Source: Candidatus Hodarchaeota archaeon (GTDB taxonomy: Archaea > Asgardarchaeota > Heimdallarchaeia > Hodarchaeales > Hodarchaeaceae). Taken from it: DNA of 64,000 nucleotides. Of this stretch, positions 39,413 through 48,800 are shown one piece after another (positions within the stretch are counted from its first letter, which is position 1; each line of letters begins with the position of its first letter). The translations under genes and the position numbers were made by a program. A model generated the notes under the pieces. That model saw nothing but the letters and a program-made list of their open reading frames with translations, did not search any database and was not told the origin of the DNA. The stretch is taken from contig JAEOTQ010000168.1 of assembly GCA_016839785.1 (NCBI GenBank), positions 1-64,000 on the forward strand, given 5' to 3'.

Positions 39413-41137
39413 CTAGGATCCGTCACAAATCCACAGTAAATTTTCAGGTGAAGAATTCTCAGGTTTATTCTCGATTAAGGAGAATTCCGTACCAATGAAC
39501 TTCTTTAGTATCTTTTTGACTTCTTTAGGATTGAACGTTAAAAGAAGACTTGAATCATACAATTTCTTGTATAAAAACGGATCTAATTGATTTTGCAGCT
39601 CGTTATAAGGTATTGGTTTTCCCTCTAAGAGAAGAATTTTCTTAACGATATCTACAATCCATTCTTCTAACTCATCACTTGTAATAGGCTGATAGACCTT
39701 TTCTTCTTCCTTTAAAGGCTTTTTGAAGATAAAGAAATAGTCACCTTGTTGGGAACCCTGTGGTTGAAGTAAGCTTTTCGCTGAGGCACGAGCTGGAGGG
39801 TGATAAATTACACTTTCGAATAAAAAGCCTGATCGAATGACAGAGCGGTACAAAATATTGCGAATTGACAGACTAGGATTATGGAAAGTAACAGTACAGT
39901 ATTTCGCTGGTTTTAATATTAGAAATATTTTTTCAAAGGCCATGGTTAAGAGGTTCTCATAATTGCTAAGACCTTTGTTCTGTCGAGCATTGACTATTAT
40001 TTCTTTCCGTAAAATCTCGTTATAACCTTCAAGGAAATTTAACCAAGCACCCCAAAGGTAGAGTAATTCTCCATACTGGATGGAATGTCCGTATGGTGGA
40101 TCGGTTATAATATAATCTACAGAATTTTGAGGAATTGAGTCTAATTGAGTAATATTAGAATTTAATAATAAAAAGGATGGAGTGTCTACTTCTTGAAGTT
40201 CTTCAAAACTTTTTACTTCCTCTATATGGTTAATTTTTTGTTTTAATCCTTTTTTTGCTTTATACAGTCCTTGTTTACCCAGAACAGCTCGTTTGAAAAG
40301 TTCCCAGACGTTGGATTCCATAGAATGGGGGCAAGACCAATAGCTGGGTTGAATCCAAGAAGAGCTGAATGGACGTGATGGACGTACTGGAGTCATCTTT
40401 GAAGCTAGGTGAACAATGCTGGAAAAAGCAAATAGAAATGATTCCCTAAGATCTGGTTCTCGTATTTGATTAATCCGATCAAGTAATTTGGCAAGCGAAA
40501 TTAGATTTCTGTGAGTGTAAAGATCAGGGATATGATCATACTTTTCTTTTTTAAGAAAAGGTTTGCCATCTGAATAGAAAAGGGGATTGCTAGGGAACCA
40601 ATATTTCAAGAGACCTTTAGAATCGAAAAAACTTCTTATAGAATGATTTAGTATCCCATTATATAGATCAGTATCAGCAAGCTTAACTTTTCCCACTCCT
40701 TTTCCATCTTGAGGACAGATAAATCGCCTATCGTATAATCTGGTATCTTGCCAAGAAAAACAAGTTGCAGGAATAGCTTTTCCACATTTGGGACATTTTA
40801 TAATATAGAGATTCAAAATATCATTTCTTATATCATTTTCTATAGCTTTAAATTCTTCTAATATCTTTTTTTGAGAAATATAGCGTAAAGTATTTCTCGT
40901 TATGAAAATTGAAACAGGATTTATGTCAATCCCAATTGCTTTTCTTCCTAACTGAAGAGCTTCCCCAATCGTTACTCCACTCCCACAGAATGGGTCTAAA
41001 ACAATGTCTCCTTCTTTTTTGGTGTAATGATTGATGTATTCCTGAATTATCCTCTCTTGTTTTCGTCCGAAAAACTTATGCATAATATAGATTGACGAAT
41101 GTCCAGATGAGGGAATTTCTCTGTCAATCATAATCAA
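39413..41137 (-). CDS. DNA amino-methyltransferase (N6A/N4C), orphan
   Basis: VLDPFCGSG (motif I), ITDPPY (motif IV), CPKC insert. No restriction nuclease adjacent. Confidence 0.85.
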   Translation of the reverse strand: MIMIDREIPSSGHSSIYIMHKFFGRKQERIIQEYINHYTKKEGDIVLDPFCGSGVTIGEALQLGRKAIGIDINPVSIFITRNTLRYISQKKILEEFKAIENDIRNDILNLYIIKCPKCGKAIPATCFSWQDTRLYDRRFICPQDGKGVGKVKLADTDLYNGILNHSIRSFFDSKGLLKYWFPSNPLFYSDGKPFLKKEKYDHIPDLYTHRNLISLAKLLDRINQIREPDLRESFLFAFSSIVHLASKMTPVRPSRPFSSSWIQPSYWSCPHSMESNVWELFKRAVLGKQGLYKAKKGLKQKINHIEEVKSFEELQEVDTPSFLLLNSNITQLDSIPQNSVDYIITDPPYGHSIQYGELLYLWGAWLNFLEGYNEILRKEIIVNARQNKGLSNYENLLTMAFEKIFLILKPAKYCTVTFHNPSLSIRNILYRSVIRSGFLFESVIYHPPARASAKSLLQPQGSQQGDYFFIFKKPLKEEEKVYQPITSDELEEWIVDIVKKILLLEGKPIPYNELQNQLDPFLYKKLYDSSLLLTFNPKEVKKILKKFIGTEFSLIENKPENSSPENLLWICDGS

Positions 41138-41269
41138 AAAAATGTTTTTGAAATGATTTTATAAGTCATTTTGAATGCTCTGACAATACATCATTTAACA
41201 AGGGAAAAAGTTCTTAGCATGATACTGTGATAAGCACCCCTCTATAATTTACTTTCAGGTGAGTGAAAA

Positions 41270-42709
41270 ATGGCAACAATTGTGACAAAAACATCGAAAA
41301 TGAATGTAATGCTTTGGACTACATATGATATTGCAAATACAATATTTAGTATGGGCATTGTTTCCATGACTGTTCTGCAATATGGGACACTACTTGGAAT
41401 GCTAAATGGTTTCGACTACGGATTCAGCTATTTTATTGCTAATATTCTTGTTGCTCTCAGTACATTAATTGTAGCAATTACTATTCCAGTAATGGGCACT
41501 ATTTCTGATAATAATGGAAAAGGAAAACCAGGCACCATTCTTTTTGGGAGTTTAACTATCTTGCTCACGGGTTTTGTCTTTCTATTTGAAAACTTCTTCT
41601 TAGCCATGTTCTTATTCATAGGAGCGAATATTTTCTATCAATGGGGCAATTTGTTTTATGATACAATGATTCCCAGAATTTCTCATGAAAAGGATATAGG
41701 ATGGGTATCCGCGGTTGGAGTGGCGCTTGGATATTTTGGTTCGTTTTTTGCTGTAATCTTCAATCTCGTAGCGGTAGCGCTCTTTAATGATTCTGTTTAC
41801 GAATTAATTCCAGATAATATTGGGACTATTAGTCCAAATAATTATGAAGCTGCACTCGGAGTACCCAAATCTGAATGGATAGGCCACTTAGGTCCAATGT
41901 GGGTCATTTGTGCAGCAGGTTTTTTCCTGATGGCTTTACCATTTTTATTGACACGGGAAGCTGCAGGTAGAAATCGACTCAAAGAGGAGGGGTTAACCAA
42001 ACTCTTTAAGTTAGCTATTACAGAAACAATTGAAACTGGAAAAGAGATTTGGAGATTTAAAGATATGCGCTGGTTTGTGATTGGCTGGTTCTTCACTGTT
42101 GATGTTGTACAAACTGTAATATATATTATGAAGCCTGCAGCTATCGATGGATTCGGAATGGGGGAATCTCAGGCAACTATCTTACTTTTAGTAGGCGTAG
42201 TCTTTGCGGTAATACTAACTGGATTTGCTGGACCAATTGCTGATAGAAAGGGGCCTAAATTCTTAGCTTCCCTCGTGTCATTTATCTGGATTATTGCTTT
42301 GGCTATCCCGTTATTCGCTGAATCCTTCGATTCATCTGTTGAGCTTCCTGGTTTTCTAAGTTTTCTTCCTAATTTTACGATTTTCTTCATGGCCATACTA
42401 GTTGGATTTGGAATGGGTTCTATATGGGTAGTTCAGAGAACAATGACAATTGAGCTCGCACCAGAAGGAAAGGTTGGAAAATATTTCGGTTTCAGTAAAT
42501 TAGCTGGAAAGGGAAGTAGTGCGTTTGGCATAATTCTTTTCGGAGGAGTAATAAGCATATTTTCATCTACAGTTGGTTCTCTGGCACTTGCTTACAAGAT
42601 AGGTATTGGAGTGCTTTTAGTTCTATTCATCATTGGAACTTCCTTCTTTATGCGAGTCAAAAACCATCATGAGGAGTATTTAGCTGGAAAAAGAGCTCCA
42701 TTTGAATGA
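41270..42709 (+). CDS. MFS transporter (UMF1/Atg22-like)
   Basis: WTTYDIANT, FYDTMIP, GVALGYFG, GKYFGF. Confidence 0.85.
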   Translation: MATIVTKTSKMNVMLWTTYDIANTIFSMGIVSMTVLQYGTLLGMLNGFDYGFSYFIANILVALSTLIVAITIPVMGTISDNNGKGKPGTILFGSLTILLTGFVFLFENFFLAMFLFIGANIFYQWGNLFYDTMIPRISHEKDIGWVSAVGVALGYFGSFFAVIFNLVAVALFNDSVYELIPDNIGTISPNNYEAALGVPKSEWIGHLGPMWVICAAGFFLMALPFLLTREAAGRNRLKEEGLTKLFKLAITETIETGKEIWRFKDMRWFVIGWFFTVDVVQTVIYIMKPAAIDGFGMGESQATILLLVGVVFAVILTGFAGPIADRKGPKFLASLVSFIWIIALAIPLFAESFDSSVELPGFLSFLPNFTIFFMAILVGFGMGSIWVVQRTMTIELAPEGKVGKYFGFSKLAGKGSSAFGIILFGGVISIFSSTVGSLALAYKIGIGVLLVLFIIGTSFFMRVKNHHEEYLAGKRAPFE

Positions 42710-42724
42710 GGTCCTGTTGATCCA

Positions 42725-43381
42725 ATGACACCGAAACCGATGAAACGAATAGTTCTCATTGATTTTGATGGAACAATCATCCTCCAAGATAGTGCTCTAT
42801 ACATTTTAGAGCATTTTGGAACTCAGAATTGGAGGAAATACGATGATCAATTGTTAAAAGGTGAGATATCTCTAGAAGAATGTTTATCGAATCAGTTTTC
42901 GTCAATAAATATTACTAAAGATGAAATGTTAAGTATCTTGGACAAAGAAATCTCTTTTAGGCCAAATTTCAATAATTTCTCACTCTACTGTAACCAATTT
43001 CAAATTCCACTAATTATTGTGTCAGCTGGGCTAGATTTCATTATCGAACATTTTTTAAGTAAATTAAAGCTGGAGTATCGAATTCCAGTTATCTCTGGAA
43101 TTACCGAATATAATTCGAAGGGATTTTCATTTACATTTCCTGAATTAAAACACGAATCTTCAAAAAATTTTAAAGATGACCTAGTCCACTATTATCAAAT
43201 TCAAGGCTACTATGTATATTACATTGGAGACGGAAGTGGAGATTTTTACGCAGCCCAAAGGGCTGATATTGTGTATGCTGTGAAAAATTCCGAATTAGAA
43301 AATATGTGTAATGAGAATGACATAAATTTTAGACCCTTTCTTGATTTTAAGTCAATTATACAATCCCTACTTCCTCTTTGA
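42725..43381 (+). CDS. HAD-IB phosphatase (MtnX-like)
   Basis: DFDGTI, VSAG, K, YIGDGSGD. Confidence 0.85.
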   Translation: MTPKPMKRIVLIDFDGTIILQDSALYILEHFGTQNWRKYDDQLLKGEISLEECLSNQFSSINITKDEMLSILDKEISFRPNFNNFSLYCNQFQIPLIIVSAGLDFIIEHFLSKLKLEYRIPVISGITEYNSKGFSFTFPELKHESSKNFKDDLVHYYQIQGYYVYYIGDGSGDFYAAQRADIVYAVKNSELENMCNENDINFRPFLDFKSIIQSLLPL

Positions 43382-43487
43382 CATCAAACAAAATTATACT
43401 CAACATTCCGAAGTAGTATTGCTTATATTTAGCTTGTGGAAGAAGAGAATTACATACAATATTCAGTAAATAATAGGTGAGAAAATC

Positions 43488-44210
43488 ATGTCAAGCGAGA
43501 AAGAAAAATCATTTCTAAAGTACGAAGTGACTGGTGCTCCTGCATTCGCAGTGGTACGCATCACATTAGATAATCCAGGCCAAAAGGTTCGTGCGGAAGG
43601 CGGAGCAATGGTATACATGGATGGGCATATTAACATGGAAACCAAGTCAGCTGGTGGTGTCATGCGTGGTTTAAAGAGAAAATTCTCTGGTGAATCAATG
43701 TTTCAAAACTTTTTTTCGATTTCTGACGGTTCTCCTCCTGGAATGGTAGCTTTTGCGCATGGAGCTCCTGGAGATATTGTTCATCTTCATTTAGCACAAG
43801 GTGAGGAATGGGTCCTTAGTCGTGATGCATATATTTGTGGAACCACTAGCATTGCTGTAACTTCAAAATTTGGAGGATTCAAGGGAGTATTAGGTGGTGA
43901 AGGTTTGATGTTGACCAAAATCATGGCGGAAGCTGATGGAGATGTATGGATAGGAGGGTATGGATATGTTGAACGGCATGAATTAGAACCAGGTCAAGAA
44001 TTTGTCGTGGATAACGGTGTTATGATGGCATATCAAGCTGGTATCCAACATAAAGTTTCAAAAGTAGGTGGACGTAAGAGTTTCATGCTCGGTGGAGAAG
44101 GTGTTGTGATTCGATATACTGGTCCTGGAGTAGTGTACACACAGAATCGTGAAATTGGTTTATTAGCCTCTTTACTTCTCCCACATCTTCCAGTGACTCG
44201 TAGTAGCTAA
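43488..44210 (+). CDS. AIM24/TIGR00266 family protein
   Basis: AEGGAMV, SGESMFQN, GGEG repeats, GPGVVYTQ. Confidence 0.9.
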   Translation: MSSEKEKSFLKYEVTGAPAFAVVRITLDNPGQKVRAEGGAMVYMDGHINMETKSAGGVMRGLKRKFSGESMFQNFFSISDGSPPGMVAFAHGAPGDIVHLHLAQGEEWVLSRDAYICGTTSIAVTSKFGGFKGVLGGEGLMLTKIMAEADGDVWIGGYGYVERHELEPGQEFVVDNGVMMAYQAGIQHKVSKVGGRKSFMLGGEGVVIRYTGPGVVYTQNREIGLLASLLLPHLPVTRSS

Positions 44211-44286
44211 TTAGTCCATTTTTTTACCCCACTCCCCCTTTTTAATTTCTCTAAAAGAAATAAATTCTCTTTTTCCACCTTTGTAG

Positions 44287-45549
44287 ATGGTGTCCTTAAT
44301 GCCATCGAAAGTTTTAGAACGATTTTTGAGATACGTTACAATCCATACGACTAGTAAGGAAGATGAAGAATCCATTCCTAGCACTAAACGACAATTTGAT
44401 CTTGCAAAAATACTTGTTGAAGAACTTAAAGATCTAGGAGTAGCAGAAGTCACTTTGACTGATAAGTGCTATGTTATTGCTAGAATACCTTCCAACTTAT
44501 CCCCCGAGACTTCGAAGAAAGTACCTGTGATTTGTTTTTTGGCACATATGGATACAAGTCCTGAGGAGTCTGGTGAAAACGTTAAGCCCCAGATTGTAAA
44601 GAATTACCAAGGGGGTGACATAAAACTTTCTGGAAATCCAAATCTAATAATATCACCTCAAGAAACACCCTCCCTACTGAAATTTATAGGTAGTGACATA
44701 GTAACCTCTGATGGTACAACTCTATTAGGAGGAGATAATAAAGCTGGAGTGGCGGCGATAATGACTGCTTTAGCTAGAATGAAGGCTGACCCAAGTTTAA
44801 AGCATGGAACCATTAAGGTTGTATTTACTCCAGATGAAGAGGTAGGTCATGGAATTGATGGACTTGATGTTGATTCACTAAAAGCGGATTTTGGCTATAC
44901 GATTGATGGGGATGAAATGGGAGTGCTAGAATCTGAGACTTTTAATGCCGCAGGAGGGGAGATACAAATTGCGGGATTTAATTGTCATCCAGGCTATGCT
45001 AAAGACAAGATGATTAACGCTATAAGAATTCTTGCCGATATTATTCAAAACTTCCCTATTAACGAATCTCCTGAAACAACAGAGAATAGAGAAGGCTATT
45101 ATCATCCGTATGAAAGCTCTGCATCCGTTAATAAAGCTAAGTTAAAGTTTATATTGCGTGATTTTGATTATGATAAACTCAAGATAAAGATCAACAAGGT
45201 AGAAGAGTTCACAAATGATATTCAGCAAAAATACAAGCACTCAACAATAGAATTATCTCTCAAGGAATCGTACAAAAACATGAGATATAAGATTGATGAA
45301 GTTCCAAATGTTATGTTGTATGCAGAGGAAGCAATCCAACGAACAGGTATTCCTGTTATTAAGAAAGCTATACGTGGAGGAACTGATGGTGCCCGTTTAA
45401 GTTATCGTGGTCTCCCCACTCCTAATATTTTCTGTGGAGCAATGAATTTTCATAGTAAGAAGGAATATGTTCCTGTTCTCGCCATGGAAAAGTCTGTTGA
45501 GACAATAATTAATCTAGTCCAAATCTATGTTGAAAAAAATCTTGAATGA
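44287..45549 (+). CDS. pepT: Peptidase T
   Basis: RFLRYV, AHMDTSP, GTTLLGGDNKAG, FTPDEEVG, IRGGTDG, NFHS. Confidence 0.95.
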   Translation: MVSLMPSKVLERFLRYVTIHTTSKEDEESIPSTKRQFDLAKILVEELKDLGVAEVTLTDKCYVIARIPSNLSPETSKKVPVICFLAHMDTSPEESGENVKPQIVKNYQGGDIKLSGNPNLIISPQETPSLLKFIGSDIVTSDGTTLLGGDNKAGVAAIMTALARMKADPSLKHGTIKVVFTPDEEVGHGIDGLDVDSLKADFGYTIDGDEMGVLESETFNAAGGEIQIAGFNCHPGYAKDKMINAIRILADIIQNFPINESPETTENREGYYHPYESSASVNKAKLKFILRDFDYDKLKIKINKVEEFTNDIQQKYKHSTIELSLKESYKNMRYKIDEVPNVMLYAEEAIQRTGIPVIKKAIRGGTDGARLSYRGLPTPNIFCGAMNFHSKKEYVPVLAMEKSVETIINLVQIYVEKNLE

Positions 45550-45878
45550 AAGATTTGTCAAGGAAATTAAACTGTAAGTATAATTCTGAGGAGCTCTTTC
45601 TCTTTCAGGGAAGACGTTTAGACACTATGAGTTATACCCTTTCTCTCCCGATCAATACACTCCGTAAAAACGAACCACTTAAGAATTATGGGACAAACTT
45701 GGATTATTTCGATGAGATCTTTATAGTAAAGGAAGATTTTTAGTGTTTTATCTGTTCAGTCTGTTTTAACACTCACTTGTCTGAAAACAAACCTATACAT
45801 ATTATTGCCTTGTTTACAATTAGAAAATCTTTTAGAAGACACAATATATCATTTATTTCATAGGATGAACGATAAATT

Positions 45879-48800
45879 ATGGCAACCCGAAACGAAAAAT
45901 TGGTTCGGTTAGAGCTTCCCTCTACTTCTGGGGTCGAAGTTGAGATCAGAGAAAGTAACGATCGGTATATATTGAATTTTTTCCAAAATGATAGGCAGAT
46001 AAATTCCTCTTCTATCTCCTCACCCAAACTTGATCAGGATAGAGTGGTGGATCTCTTGAGCGAGGCTGGAATTGAGTTTTTTAGTTTTTCTGCGATCTTT
46101 GACATCGCTGATCTGCTAGTAAACACCATTAAAGATGAATTTCAAGCTTTTTCGATAGACGAAGAGGCGGATTCAACTCCTGTCACTCAAGACACTGATA
46201 ATGTTACTGAGAGGTTTGGGATAATTACTGAGGATATACCAGAAAGGAAAGATGCAATTGCTGAAGATATAGTGTCAATTAAATCTAGCAAGATTCTAAC
46301 AATTCCACCTGGTGATAAGGAACTAAAAAGAATCAAGATGCTACATTCGAAATCAGGTTTTGCAACGATTTATTATACCCCTAAAGGAAAATTCGCTGTT
46401 GTCTTGTCTCGTGATGAGGAACTTCTCCAAAGAAAAGTCTATTCAAAAGACAACGTAAATCAAGATAAGATTGTAGAATTAATTAGTGAATCAGGTATTG
46501 ATTTTCTATCATTTTCTGCAATATATGATTCAGCTGAACAAATTGAATCACTTATATTAAAGCCTGAAACTCTCGAATCAGAAGATACTGTTTCAATCCC
46601 TCAAATGGACAAAATAGTTGATGTAGATGATCCCACCGCCCTTTCGCAAAAGACTCCTTCACAAGAGCAAGATGAAGTGACACTGGTTGATTTATCTGAA
46701 TTTGATATGTCCAAGTTTAGCAAGGCTGAAGATTTTGATAAATTTATTACCAAGGTAAAGGAAGTTGTTGAAGTCGGACAACCTCTACCTGTAAAAGAAT
46801 TGGAAATTGCACATTCAGGGGGAGTGGATTGCATAATACTTAGAAAATTCGATTCGTGGTTTTTGCGTTTTCGTAATTCTGATGGTTCAATCTCTGCCCC
46901 TACAGAAATAGCAATAGATCAGGACGAAATAGCTCGAGTCATTAACCAAGAAATTCCGAAAATTTCTTTTAGTTATTTGTATGATGCTTCAGAGTTGATT
47001 TATATTACTATTCAAGATTTAGCAACAAAACCAATGGATCAAATCATTATTAATGTCGCTGTGGGTCATTTCTTACAAATTATTGAACAGAATGAAGCAG
47101 AGGGGAATCTTAAAGCGGCATCGAAAATTACAGAAGTATTACTTAGACGCTTTCGCAAAGAGAATAATTCCAAGGGAATCCTACGATTTGGGAGGAAACT
47201 TGTAAAGTTTCTAGTTGATCAGGGCAAAGATTCCAAGGTTGTGAAGACTCAATCTGATTTAATATCAGATTTATTGAAAATTGATGTTGATACTTCGATT
47301 GAATTTGTGTTTGAATCTATAGAAATGCTCGCTGATCAAAATAAACATCTGAATGCAGCTAATCTTTGTGATTTAGTTTTAGATCACTATCTCTCTGAAA
47401 AAATTATCCCTGATTCGCTTTCAACGATTTTACTTCTTGCGAAGAAACAAGCCGAATTTTACAAACATGCACGGTTACCCGTTGTAATGTGGGAAAATGC
47501 TCTTCGTTATGCCCACTTTGCTTTAAAAGAAATTGGAGAGAGTGGAGATACACTTTCGAATGAACAGAAAGGGGGACATATAGACGATATTGTCTTCTTA
47601 GTTGACTCTGCATTGGGAGTACAAGAAGAGCGGAAAGCTAATTTTGAAATACTTAGTACTCTTGAAGAAACATCACGATTATTAAAAGAAATAAATGAGA
47701 AAACCCACTATCAAAGATACATTAATCGCTTAATTCTTACCTTGGAAACTCAGGGTAAAAAAGAAAAAGCTTTAGAAATAACATTGGAAGCTGCAAAGGC
47801 ATTAATGGGTTCAGATACATATGTAAAATCTTGTGAACTTAGTAATCAAGCAATCAAACTATATTATGAATTGAATAAGGTAGAAGAAGCTGTTGATTTT
47901 AGTCTTGGAGTTGTAAGGGGCCTAACGGAGTTAAATGAGAGCGAGGCTGCGAAAAATTATCTACAATTTGTTGAAGATTTAATTGGGAAAGCCTATAAAG
48001 ATGATGATTCACGTCGAATAGAAAAACAACTTGCAATGGGTGATTTACTAGGGAAGCTAGGGATGAAAGATCGCTCTAAATCCTTTATACAAACTGCTCT
48101 TCAAACAATTGATGATCCCAAGAAAAGAGAAAAAATTGTTCTAAAATATGTCGATGAAATGCTTGTGAGTCATGCTGTACTGACTGCTCAAGAGATGATA
48201 AACCTAGAATTATCACGTTTATTGGAAACAAAGAAGATTAAAGATGTAATAAAGTTTTGTTGCCAATTTATTGACAAACTAAGAGAATCCAATCATAGAG
48301 ATATGATTTTTGAATATATGCGATACATAGCAAGTTTAATGCTGCAATCAGATCATATTGATTACGATTTACTCCAGCAATTCATAAAAGACTTACTAAG
48401 TGAGGCTGAGATTGATAGAGCTGCTTTAATTTTGGATCAACTCATTATCCTCCAAGGTAAACAGAACGATTTTACGAGAGCTATTGATTCAATAAGTCGT
48501 TTTGTCGATCATCTCTTGCAAAACACTCAAAGGGTTGACCTCGTCCAGAAATACATTTTCGAAACTGCAGAAGCGTATCGACGAATGGGAGATGAGCAAG
48601 GAGCGCTTGAGGTTCTAGTGAAATACCAAGAAGAGGTTCTTGATTATTCTGTTGAGTTATCACAAAAAATTACCGATATTATTCTCAAAGAATACGAGGA
48701 GAAAGAAGAGTATAAGAAATGTATCACAATTGTCACAAATATCATAGATAGACAACTAGAGCAGGGTATGTTTCAAGATGCATATATTTTCAGTGTGCAA

